DNA of 64,000 bases from Podospora anserina (Eukaryota): the NCBI GenBank assembly GCA_017654855.1, contig CM030332.1, forward strand, positions 7,688,001-7,752,000, in the 5' to 3' direction. Positions 52,024-63,979 of the stretch are shown one piece after another. The translations under genes were made by a program, and so were the position numbers. The notes under the pieces are model-generated. The model saw nothing but the letters and a program-made list of their open reading frames with translations, had not been told where the DNA came from and made no database searches. Within the stretch, counting starts at the first letter, position 1, and every line of letters starts with the position of its first letter.

Positions 52024-52125
52024 GCATTTGCAACCACTCATCCATCCTTTCCAAACCCCAACCCTTTGGTCCTGGTGAGGAGCCATTGAGGCACCGAGGC
52101 AGAGTTTCTCCTCACCCATCCTCTT

Positions 52126-52508
52126 CTAACAGTGGAAATACCACCTCACCAAATTGATACCTCGCCACAGATAGTTTCGAATTGGCGGTAGCCTGTACCT
52201 ATTCATTGGCCGCGTTCCAACATCATCAACCTGCAGCAAAGAATCTCGAATGCGCAAGAACTCAAAGATGGAACCTGGAATCTGAAGATCAGTGATCCAA
52301 AAAAAAAGCCGGCAGCTACGTAGAGCTTCGCTAGCACCAGCAACCAACTCCCGTCGTCGTGCAACGGCGGCCGAACGTGGAGACCCAGAGGGGCTGTATA
52401 AACCACAGGACTTTTTGTCCTTCTAGAAACCCCAGCATCTTCCTTTTTCAATTCCCAGGGTCCGCGTACGACACGGCCACTCACAGATGCTGTTTTGTCG
52501 AGTCTCAT
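52126..52508 (-). CDS. Small orphan protein, copy A of a paralogous pair (probable intron 52282-52376, or a frameshift at the T9 run)
   Basis: ACCATG start. Translates WELKKEDAGVSRRTKSPVVYTAPLGLH then IPGSIFEFLR, aligning with the 53638-53889 ORF. Confidence 0.45.
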
Positions 52509-53637
52509 GGTAGCAGGCAGCGTCCAATCCCGAAACCAGGAAGCCCAGGTTGAACCTCAGGTTAGGTAAGAGCTGAACGACCCCCTACTACCTCAGATCC
52601 CCCACCTGTCACCACCACATCGCCGTGTTGCCAACCTGGTGGTAGCTGCTCCGCCTCTCCGCCTCTCCGCCTCTCCACGCCGGCACCAACTCCCGTCAAA
52701 GCCCGGGGCAAAAATCACGACTTACCGCCCTGTAAGAAGCTTGCCTTTTGCACAGCCCACGGGAGTCAAGAACGGGCAAATCAGTGGGTCAAGACCAACA
52801 CGGAAATCTTGCCGAATTTCCAGCTATTCGGTGTGCCGTTCTCACTCATGCCCCTTGTCCACCTGTAGAGGAAAGGAAAAAAAAAAGAGAAAAAAAAACA
52901 CCCAAGCATTGTGCCACGCTGCTTGCTGTCACCTACCTAACCCATTTGCCGACAGCCAGCAGCAGATAAACCCACCACAGACGACCACACATGTCACGCA
53001 TAGCCGTTGAGGCGATGGGGCACAAGCGAGCGTGACGATAGATGCGGATATGCATCTTTTTCGCCCTCAAAACCGAGGCGGGCAGGCATCTCAATTCGCA
53101 CTTCGTCACAGGTTTTGTCAGTGTCGGTGTGTCGAGATCTGCCTCGGTGTCAAAACGGCCAACCGAAAACGAGAAGCCAGGGGGTCGGTCTCGGGCAGCA
53201 AAAAGAGGGCATGAGGTGGTGTGCTTCGGTGAGTTGAGGGTGAAAAAACACCGACTGAGAGCACGGTTGTGCTGTTTTCCTCCTCAACGAACGGCACCCA
53301 ACGAAACACACGCACAGCCTGGCAAGAAGAAAAATGATAATACCGGGTGTCATGGCTCAAGTTTTGCGGCCCGGGAGTCACACCCGTGAGGACAAATGCA
53401 CACCGAGGAAAATGCATTTATGGGGTGTTCACAGCAAAGCACCTGTAGACAGACGAAACCAACAATCAAGGGACTGGAAAGCAAAACTCCGCCATGATGT
53501 AGAACTCAAAGTCCCCATCTCCACCTCAAACTCTTCACACCTCACACTCGGAGGATGGAATTTTACTTTTGCATAATGCCCTTCTTTCCCAAACACATCA
53601 AACATACCCCAAACGATCTAAACTCCACCTCACAACC

Positions 53638-53889
53638 CTAACCCAGCCCTGACCTCCCCCACCTTTCCTGACAAACACCATCCTTGGCCCGTTGCAACCC
53701 CCCTCCGACGTTCTGCTTACGTAAAAACTCAAAAATACTTCCAGGAGTTGAAAAGGCCCCCACATACCTTAATCCCAAGTTCACCTCGGAACGGACCGGC
53801 TCTTTTCTGCACGGGGCTTCCCGCAGCGCTGGGAATTCGAGGTCCCACTTGGCGTGGTGGTTCGCGCGCGTTTGCTTGTTGGTGTGCAC
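53638..53889 (-). pseudogene. Copy B of the paralogous pair; no in-frame ATG (GTG in CAAACC context), possibly degenerate
   Basis: WDLEFPALREAPCRKEPVRSEVNLGLRYVGAFSTPGSIFEFLR aligns with copy A. Confidence 0.4.
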
Positions 53890-54001
53890 GGTTTGGCTGC
53901 TTCTCTTGGATATTCTCGGGGTGTTTTAACAGTCAGACGGAAGAGGTTCGGTTAATGATGATGGCGATGAGAGATGTGCGTATTTGGATTTAGGTAAGTT
54001 G

Positions 54002-54005
54002 TATA

Positions 54006-54036
<31 letters not shown>

Positions 54037-54086
54037 GCAACACTTCATCTCATCTCATCTCATCTCATCTCATCTCATCTCATCTC
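54002..54086. repeat. (TA)n followed by (CATCT)8
   Basis: Direct observation. Confidence 0.92.
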
Positions 54087-54734
54087 CAGCATCCTCAACC
54101 CAGTGAATTCAGAACAGAACCGCTGCAAATATGAATAATAATAAAATCTTCATCTCCCCAAAGTGGACTACTTGCTCCCCCGCTTGGTTCCCCAACAACG
54201 CCATCTCGCCTCTTCACATTCCCAAGAAAGTGTTGTCAGATGTAGCAGCAAAGGAGCGGTTTCGGAAACAGGGTAACAAGATAAATCGAAAACTAGCCCT
54301 TCACAAACCCTCCATATGTTTCTCCCTCCACTTACTTACCCACCCCCCCTATCCCTCGTTTTCCACCCCAGTCCATGCACCACCGCTTGAACCCATCTCT
54401 CTACGTATATGTACAAAAAAACCGAACCAACATCAAAAACCAAGTGAAAAAGAGCAAGAAGGAAAATAAAATAAAATAAAATAAAAATATTGATGCGAAG
54501 ACCCCAAGGAGCAAACTGTCAAAACCCACTTTGGAGGAGAAAAAAAAACCCACGAACCATTCCATTCGTTGAGGAAACAGAAAAGAACTCCAAAGCACCA
54601 TCCCCCCGCTCCCCTCCCCCCTCCCAAGACCAAAACCGAACCAAAGACAAAGCCCAAAGCCCAGTATTGGATACCCCTCTCCTAACATCCCGTGACGCCT
54701 CCACCCCAGTTCCTTCTCATCAATCGTGTTGAAT

Positions 54735-54946
54735 CTACTCAGCAGCAGCAGCAGCAACAGCGTTTGCTTTCGGAACGAACTTGATCTTCGTCTGCTTGAG
54801 CTTCACTGCCGCAGTCGTCGTGGTCGTCGTGGTGACCTTCGCCTTCACGTCTGAAGAAGCAGACGTGCCCTTGACAGAGGTGTTACCCGCGTCGGGGGTG
54901 CTGGCTTCAAGCGCCTTCCTCGATGGCGTGCGCTTCCTCGCCGAGG

Positions 54947-54977
<31 letters not shown>

Positions 54978-57552
54978 AGCCGGAGTCGACGCCTTCGCGC
55001 CCGCAGCCGGTTTCTTGGGGGTAGGCTTCGGACCAGCAGCCACGATGGTGGCCTTGCTGCTCGTGCTCTTGGCCGAGAGCTTGATCTTCGTCGTGGTCGT
55101 GGTCGTGGTCTTGACGCCTCTCTTCCCAAACGTCTTGGTCAGACCCACGCTCGTCACCTTTCGCTGAGTTGTCGTGGTCGTCTTCTTCACCCCGGCTCCC
55201 TTGGTGGACTTGAGCGCGCTCGCCCCGAGAGAGATTGTGCCCGAAACGCTCCTTTTGATAGCCGTAGAAGCCGACTTGGAAACGCCCCTGGCAAGACCTT
55301 TTCCTTTGGCAGCCGCGGTCTTTGCAGCGCCTTTGGCGGCGGCCGTGAGCGTTTTCTTCACCCCGGCCGCAGGTTGGACCTTGCGTTTCTTAGCAGCGTT
55401 CCCGCCGCTCGCCTCATCCTCGGCTCCGACCAAAAGCTCCTTGAGCTTCCGCTTGCCGGCCTTGATCGAGCCTCTGGCCGTCTTCTTCTCCTGCTTCGCC
55501 GGCTTTGGCGGCTTGACCTCCTTCGGCTTGGGACCCAGCACGCCTCTGCAGTTCGCGCTACCACACAGGCACTTCTGCACGTTCTTGGCGGAGAAGGGGT
55601 CAAAGTTGTAGTCGTACGTGAGCTCATCGCCCGTCATGATGGGCTTGTCGCCGGCAAAGAGAGCCATGCGGGGCTGGCCCGAGACGATCCATTTTATCAT
55701 CCGGCAGTTAGGTGAGCACGAGTGGTTCACGAACCGAGCCATGCTGCCAGTAGTAGCATCGATGATCATGTTTTGGTCGAACGACATGAGATAGTAGCAC
55801 TGCCGACCGAATCAGCTCCCGGGCCACGCAGCACGCACACCAGACCAGACGCGCAGGAGACTCACCTCGTTGTCCTTGTACTTTTCGTTCATCCGACGCT
55901 CGCACTCCTCCTCGGTGATGATCTCACCAGTGTACTCCATGATGATCTGGTTGGGCTCAAAGCACCTGGTGCTCCGGACGCCGTAGCCACGATCCGAGGT
56001 CTTGAGAACCTCGACACCTACGCGGAACCGGCCGCCCTTCTTGGTTCTCTCCTGGAGATCTTGGAAGGCACGGTTTTGACAGAATTCTCTGCCGGCGTTG
56101 CAGTTGGTGTCGTCACACTCGTAGAGCATGATGCGGTTCTGGCAATCCTCGGCGCAGCCATCTTCGGGCTTGCAGACGCATTTGGACGAGAAATCCTCGA
56201 AATGGGGCGACTTTTTCCAGTACGCCGCCGCATCGCCAACAAACCGATCTGCGAGCTTTGTTAGACGGTTTCACAGTACAGTCGAATGCGCAGGCAAGCT
56301 TACTCTTCGCGATGGTCCGGTACGCCGGTGGCTTTGGTTGCCCTGGAGGGAGGGGGTTGCACACATCAAAGGGCAGTTTGAAGTCGCGCCCGTGGATGAG
56401 CATGCGGAGGCCGTTGTACATGGGCAGAGGAAGCGTCTTGTTGGCCTTGACGGGCTTCAGAAGCTCTGGGATCTGAGCCAGCTGCTTCTTCTCCTGGGTT
56501 GTCAAGCCCTGGGTGATATCGGTGGGTGTTTCTTGTCCTGCGTACAGGCCCTTCCTGTGCCATTGCTTGACGCGACGCTGCTTGACGGGAGGCCGGACGG
56601 GCTCGGACGGCTCCGTGGTCGCGCGCTCCTTGCTCGTCTCGGTCTTGGGTTTCCCGTCCACCTTGGTCTTCTTGCGGGGTGGCTCAGCGGCAGGATCCAC
56701 GTCCACATACTTGCCATTGCTCCAGACCGTGTACTTGACCGGCCGGGTGTCAATATGAGCAAACTCGTTGGTATCCTGCAGGCGCATCAGCTCGCGCGAA
56801 ATGCGCCCCAAGCTCTGGGCCGACTTTCTGCCCTTTCTCCCCAATGCCGCCACCTTCGTGGCCAAAGTCTCCACAGGCGCACCGGACTGACGCGTAGCCC
56901 TTCGGGTGACAATCGGCGCCTGGACCGGGATCGGTTTCGTTTTCGAAGAGATTCTAGCACCTTTGGGGGTGCTGGTGCCCGAGACGGAGCCGCCGAGCGC
57001 CAGCACGTCAATGCCTGTCGACCTGTTTGCATCCGCCTCGCCACCGGCGTCCCCTGCAATAGTCCTGCGCCGGTTTTCTTGCACACCTTGCCCCGCGACG
57101 CGTCGCCTTCGCTTGTCGGTGCCACTCAACTGCGACAAATTGTAGACCGGTAAACTGGCACGGGCGCGTCGTGGGCGACCAGTGGACAGGGACTCGGTCG
57201 AAGGGAGCGGTTCGGCCACCACTATGGCCTGTCCCACCGGGCTCAGTTCGCCTGGCTGCTGTTGCTGCTGGTTATCGTCGGCGGCAGCTTCATTTTCGAG
57301 AATAGGAATGACAGCTTCGATCGTCGCGTCGGCCATGCTTGCCGGCTTGGTGGCGTCGGGTTCGGAAGCCAGAGACATGCTGTCCGGAGTACACGTGGTG
57401 GGCGGTGTCGAGCTCAGAGAAGCGGCATTGGAAGAATCGTCCGTCGGCGTGGCCGAGAAGCTGGACTCGGACATGATCACGCATCCGAGTCCAGCAGCAA
57501 TCGAAGATGTCGCTACATCGGTCGCTATGGTTGCAGCCATGTCTGTCGCCAT
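54735..57552 (-). CDS. ash1: ASH1-like histone H3K36 methyltransferase (AWS-SET-postSET), 3 exons: 57552-56304, 56248-55866, 55799-54735
   Basis: AWS cysteines (CVCKPEDGCAEDCQNR...CQNRAF), RGYGVR, EYTGE, GSMARFVNHSCSPNC, ELTYDYNF and post-SET CLCGSANCRG. Also RDFKLPFDV, an AT-hook-like GRPRR and a K/T/A-rich tail. Confidence 0.9.
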
Positions 57553-60015
57553 TGAGGGGGGTGCAACTCGCCAGAGAACGCGACAAAATGCTGGCGAGGA
57601 GGCAGCTGCAATGTTGCTGAAGTGGTGAGAAACTCCGGATGCAAGTTGCAAACGCGTCTGCAAGACGTGCCAATTGCACCAACGTAGGCGAGTCAGCGTC
57701 TCGGCGAGGCGGCCTGAGCTGAGAGGCCCACGCAACGAGGTCCCGTAGACGCGGCGTGGACGCAAGGTCCAATCCGAGCAATGCAGCCGAAAACAGAGGG
57801 CGACACACGCGAGGGGGGGTCCTTCAAAGACCTGTTCCCTCAGGGGGGGGGCAAAATCCTGGTTGCAGAAACTTGGGGTTCGTAGAGAGAGCCGAGCGCC
57901 AGGAAAAGGCCAGGCCAATTGCAAAAGTAAACGCGTCGAGAGTGTGAAGAAGCTGTATTCTAGAAAGAAAAGAAGAGAGGGTGCGCAAAAAGGCTTCAAA
58001 AAAAAAAACGAGGCATTCGACCGTCCAGGGGCAGGGGTGGTTTTGCGGAGAGAAGCGCGGTCGAGTGTTGTTGCGTTGTGGAGGAAGAGAAAGGGAAGAA
58101 GACGGTCTTGGATTGGTCGCCGGGGGGCGGGAACCAAAAGGTATTTAAGGGAGAGGCTGGAAGGGGGTCTGTTGAGTGGACTGTGTGTGGATGGACCACC
58201 ACCTCCGGCCGGCCTACCTCACCTCACGTACCTTACCCTAGGTTGACACCTTGTCTCCTTGCCCTATCCCTATCCGTCCCGGGACTACCGACCTTCCTTC
58301 TCACCGTACACCTTGTCTCTGAGATACCAGATAGATATCTGGCATCCGACATCTATCTGATTGCACATTCAAGCCATATTCTACGAACCTCCAGATGTAA
58401 GCACAAAGCAAAAGGTTGAAGGTCTGGACCGATCTCCTCAGCCCGTCATTATCTCGTGACATTCTCGGCGCCTGGTTGGGCCTGTACCGTCTGCTTGTTC
58501 CTCCTTGCTACGTACTTGGTCTAGCTTCCCGGGCTGTCTCCTGCAAACATCCCAGGTTCTGTCCTGGGCTTCGTCTTGGTACCACCCGAGACGGCGCATC
58601 GTGCGTCGTGGGAAAGCTAGCGTTGAGCCTATTCACATTCCAAGCCCCTCGAGACGTCCAGATGTCTGGTACGGGGGCCGGGGTGGACATATCGGTAGAC
58701 TATTTACTTTGTGTGAATGATCTCCTTTGTCAGAGGTCGAGGGGTGATCTGGAATGGCACGGAAATAAAAACAGATGGGTTGCGAGGCATATCAGTGCGG
58801 TGTGCTCAGACCTGGCCTTTTGCCTATCTTTCCCAGCTATAGAAATGGAAACGAGAAGTGGAATTGCTTTTTGCGGTTTCATCCCGTCAAGAGCTGAAAG
58901 AGATGTTTTTGGCCGTGTCGGCATCGGCATCCGAGAAGCTATCGTCCAGTGTGTGGGGGACATCAAGCCAACCGGCTGCACACTTGGATCTGTGACGAGG
59001 GGTTTGGGCGCCAGGACAGATGTCGATTCTTTGGGGACCACGACGTTCCAAGCCCAATGTGGCGGTTACTTCCATTCGACCGCACCTTGGATCGACAGAA
59101 GCAGAGACATCTTACTTCTACACACTTCGGATTTCCAGCCAATGTCAGTTCGGTAGCAGCACACTTTGGAGATGTATCACAAACTCAAACGGTAGACCTT
59201 GAGCCTCTCAAGTTTGTTTGCCAGATGATGGTGTTGCTATTTTGGACAGGTAGATATCACAATCACTGCCCCTCAGCAGCGCCACCAGCATTCCGTCAAG
59301 AAAGATCCATGCTAGCCCCCATGAGACAATGTATCTCCGAGATGGGATATCGACAGTTCGAGAGGCCGTCTCATTCACGGCAATCGACAGATCCAGGTAT
59401 CTTTTGACAGCTTTGCCATTTCGCCCGAGTGTCCAGTGGCGACCTGTTTTTCTGCCTCTTGGCTAGGTATGTTGCAATGCTGGCTGTCTAACCTTTGTGG
59501 CCCATTAGCAAGTGATCCTCGGGGGTCTGTCAACAGTAGTGAAAACACCTCACCGGTCTGGCGATGAGACGATTCAATTTCATCTGGCAGCGAATCTCAA
59601 AACGGGGTGGGTGAGACCCAGTGTCAAGGCATGTGCAGATAGTGTGGTATTCGCACCAGTGTGGACACCAAGGTCGGGGAAACTAACTAGCATCCATGTG
59701 TATCTTGCTCATACGAGAGGGTAGAACCGGCCTGGTTGGATAACAGAGTGCCTGCTTTCTTTCCGGTAGGAGCAGCAGTCACTCCTGACAATCGGGGAAC
59801 CGAACCTTCGAAAGCGGCATCTGGTGCTCCATTTAGCACTCCGATGACGATTTCCTCCTGTACTCATCATTAACCACACGCGAGAGCAGTCATTCGTTGA
59901 ACATTCCATAGGGCTTTATGTTAGCCGGCTGTTGTCTGTTGAGAACACTATCTCTTCTTCGATCCATCGTTTTCGACAGCCTTGAGAGACGGCCACCCCT
60001 CGTTTCTGGTACAGG

Positions 60016-62270
60016 ATGCATGGCGAAGATCTGGAAGGGGCCACGAGCCTCGATCCACAGATGTGAGACCCCTTTGCTGTCCCACGTCATGTTTTCGCGC
60101 CACTGACTTGACTTCGTCGCAGAATGCTGGACTCTTTTTCGTCGATACCAGCGCACGGAGAGGACAGCTGGGGCAGTACTTCAGCAACCAACCGAGACGA
60201 TACCCCAGATACTACTAGAGATGAACCGTCCAACAGACCCAATCCTTCTAGACACGCGCGGTTTCCCTACCCGAAAAATCAACCAGGTCCTCTCAGGAAA
60301 GCCGCAGACGGCACGTGGCACTCCGAAACGACTGTGTACACTCTCAAATGTCCAAGTAAATCCGATGCTGAGGGATAGACACCATCATCAACAGGCACAC
60401 CACCATCTTCACCGGATGCTTCCTTTTATTCAGAACGTCGTTCGCCATCATCAGTAGACCTGCTCTTTTGGACACAAGATCTCTCACTTTCTTCGAAAGG
60501 TTTGCTTCAAGGCAACAGTGATGCAGATTTCTTCATGGGAGAGCTTCGTGGTGGCGCGGGAGGGGGTGGTGGGCGCCGGAGAAGGACATGGGAGAAAGCG
60601 AAGAGCGGGGCCAGGTGGTTGAAGGCGTTTATGACCAGGCGACCTGCCCAAGGACTCCGAGCTGCTGCCGATCCAGAAGAAGATACAGATAGCAAAACGG
60701 CTGGAACAACTGGAGCGTCAGGAAAACTTGGAGCTACAGGAACAACTGTAGTGACAAGAGCTCTTGGAACGACGGCAACTCCTGGGACAGCCGGAAATAC
60801 AGGAACGACTGGCGAATCTAGAATTATTGTGAGAACTGAGATTACTGTGACAGGTGAAACAACTGGGACGACTGGGACCACTGGGACCACTGGGACTACT
60901 GGAAACAGCGAAGACCCTTTTCAACCGCGAAGGCGTTCACGTTCTCTGCCCAACATTGCTGTCAGCCGCTCGTCAAGTGGACCGCAAATATCAGGGGTAC
61001 CTCAGCGAAGCAGTCGACATCGAGCTTCTTCTAACCAACTGCCGTCTCATCCCATTGATACAAGCATTCGGGATTTCGCTGCCCAGGCTTATCCCAGTAC
61101 CAATCCCAGTACGACTGCAGAGACCTGGTGGCAACAAAACACGGCGCCGAGATACGGACCCGGTCGGCTTCGTGGTGGCGCCGGAGAGGGTGATGATGGG
61201 CGACGGAAGAAGGGATGGAAATCTTTCCAGAATTTCATAAAAGGCTCTTTGAAGAAGACACGGACGTCTAGAATAGGGGAACTTGAAACTACGGGAAGCC
61301 AGACAGGGGCCCCAAGACGACAAAGTACGCTCGCCGGAACGTCTACTGCAACAGGCAGTGCGCCTGTTGCAAAGCCGCCAACGTCCAGCGAGACTTACGA
61401 GATGACTACCTCTAGACAGCCCACCGGTACCGAGAGCCCCGTGACCCCCCCTCCAGCTACCCTCGCTCGTTTCAACGCAGGGCTGAGGGAGGAAGCACCC
61501 CCCACTGACTAGCGCAAGTGGGGGCTCAAAGCTGCTGCCGCCCGGGAGGCCGGCAAGCGTGAGATTCGTCGAACTGCGGCTGGTCATCCCGATGCCATCA
61601 GTAGAGCACCGCCAGTGAAGGGTTCTGAACCCGCGGTGAATACTGTCGGAGAACCATGGCCAAAGTATGACCAGAACCTCTGTAAGACTGGCGACAACAA
61701 CCCCCCAGGAACGCGTAACAAGCCTCAAGTAATCCAGCCACTGCCCCAAGTCAAGGAAAAGATACCTATTACCGGCACTGGATTTGATTACTACCCCAGC
61801 ACTACGTTTACGGAGCGGTACCGAAGCCGGCCGATCGAGACGTACGACGACTATGCGGGACCGCCTGTTGAGAAGAAGGATCAGGGGGAGGAGAAGGAGG
61901 TTGTTGTTCCAGGTGATAGCGAGGCGGGAGGATCGAGACGACCTCCGCCGGCTCCTAGGCATGGGCTTGCTCAGCCGGTTCGTCGAGGGCAGCGGGCTCC
62001 TCCCATGCCATCTATTGCCAGTGTTTTGGCTGAGGCCGGGCCGCCTGGGCTTCCGCCACTGGTAAGCAGTCTCTAGGGTGCGGTGAAGGGAAGGATTGTG
62101 CTGACAGGGGACTTTTTGAATAGTTGGTCTCGAGTAAGGATGAGGGTTACGAGGGGGATGACGAGAAGGGCACATCTCTAACAAGCGTCGAGACATCTGG
62201 ACAGCGGGACACTGGAAAGAGAATTGAAGATAGGATTATGGGATACTCAGCGGAATTATTTGGTTTGTAG
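60016..62270 (+). CDS. ~710-aa orphan low-complexity protein with two in-frame TAG codons (60376-60378, 61510-61512); exons 60016-60062, 60123-62061, 62124-62270
   Basis: Track ORFs 60124-60378, 60502-61512 and 61615-62076 share one frame, and the gaps between them contain no stop other than the two TAGs. Canonical introns GTGAGA...CTGAC...CGCAG and GTAAGC...GCTGAC...AATAG join in phase to flanking exons. Confidence 0.7.
60862..60903 (+). repeat. Coding 9-bp minisatellite (ACTGGGACN) encoding Thr-Gly-Thr repeats
   Basis: ACTGGGACG ACTGGGACC ACTGGGACC ACTGGGACT ACTGGA. Confidence 0.85.
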
Positions 62271-63595
62271 TCATAGACTTTTTGATATGACTGGGTAGAA
62301 TGGATTAGCGAAGAATGATAACTAATTGTGAGGAGGTGTTGAATACCGTTTGGGTTGTGCTGAAAATTCTTTAGAATGTGGTTAGATGTCTCAAAGGTTG
62401 GTGGGGAAGTTTTGAAGAGCAAGTGCGTTGCTTATTGTCACGAATATGATGTGGACACCCGCAAAGAACAACCAATAGGGAAGAGGAGGCACGGCGGCCA
62501 ATCAAGAGAAAGGAGGATGGACCAGTAAGAGGTGGATCATCCGGGACATGAAGGAATCATGAGCGATTCCCAGGAATCACTCATGATCCTTAGGAGTCGG
62601 TCATGATCCGGGGAGAAACAGAATGATCCAGGCTTGGCATTAGGTCTATATATACGGAGGAACTAGATAGCTTGCAGATAGTTCCGCAGTATGCAATTCA
62701 CAGTTGAATTCACGGCATCTTGTGTTTACATCGAGACATCTTGTTGTGCACTGTTTAGCTGCACCGAACCAATTGTCAGAAGTTACCTTCAACCCGTATC
62801 CCTTTCAGAGGTTCTGTACAGGGGTTCGTCACAATAGTACTACGGTGCTCAACACTATTTCAACTCCTTATTTAATGCCCTTATAATATTAGCTTGGCTC
62901 CTGTTTGTATTGTCAGGTCACCTTGTTCCTTATACTGTGACGTGCCTGAGGTAAGCAAGCTCCAAGTTGGCGGCCATCATCTATCTGCTGACCAGCCAGC
63001 TCGTTTCACAACAAGTGAGTAATCCAAGCTAAAAAAAAATAAAAAAATCAGTCTGAAGCCTTCTCGACCTCTCTGGCACCCGCCGGTACATGTTTTCCCA
63101 GTCAACCCAACGACTGCTGCCTCAATCACCAAAAATGCTCTTTCAACGCCCCCTCTGCCCTCCCCCTCCCCAAGATGTCGTCAAAAACAGACCCCAAGCT
63201 TTGACCACGCACATCTTCAAACTCCAATCCCTGCCCCGTGCGCGCCCTGCAGCTTCACTAGCCACAAGCGGGAAGCCCCACCTGCCACCCCTGCCACCCC
63301 TGCCACGACCCAAAAAGAACCGCCGGGGTTAGGCAGGGAGGAAAAGGCTCCACTTTTAACGACCTTTTTGACTCTTTTTGGAATTTGGGGGTTGGGGTTG
63401 TTGACTGTTGACTGCTTTGCCATCCACAACCAGAGAGCTTGGAGCTTCCAGCCCCACCAACCAGTACTTGACCATCCCACCTGTCTCGAAACCCACCACG
63501 ACCTTGACGAACATAACCCACCCCACGATCCCCGATCAAGTTCCCCTCCCTCTCATCGAAGACGAAAACAAAGAAACAGAAAACAGATCCCAATC

Positions 63596-63979
63596 ATGAG
63601 CGAAAGACCCTACCAGCCCCGAGGCGGTCACAGAGGAGGAAGCGGAGGAGGCAGGGGAGGTCCTCATCGCGGCGGCGGCGGCGGCAATCGGGGCGGCGGT
63701 CGCGGGGGTCACCAGAACCAGCAGGGACAACAACACCAAGGCGGGTCCGGGGAGCAGACGGAGCGTCCCAAGAAGGAGAATATTCTTGACCTGAAGAAGT
63801 ACATGGACAAGAGGATTACGGTCAAGTTTAATGGCGGACGGGAGGGTAGGTTGTTCTCAAACTTGGGGAAATGGTTAAGCAGATGCTGACATGGAGGAAT
63901 GAACAAGTGACGGGTACGCTAAAGGGGTATGATGCGTTGATGAATTTGGTGCTGGATGAGGTTCAGGAGGCGGTCAGAG
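63596..63979 (+). CDS. LSM7: U6 snRNA-associated Sm-like protein LSm7, partial (exons 63596-63845, 63908-63979; continues beyond the window)
   Basis: RPKKENILDLKKYMDKRITVKFNGGRE|VTGTLKGYDALMNLVLDEV after splicing; RGG-rich N-terminal extension. Confidence 0.93.

Noticed and set aside
58416-59156. 246-aa plus-strand ORF and interrupted minus frames
   Set aside because: Non-ATG start and no motifs; the minus frames have many mixed stop types.
63596-63760. RGG-rich N-terminal extension on LSm7
   Set aside because: As far as I recall this is common in filamentous ascomycete LSm7, so it is not treated as novel.
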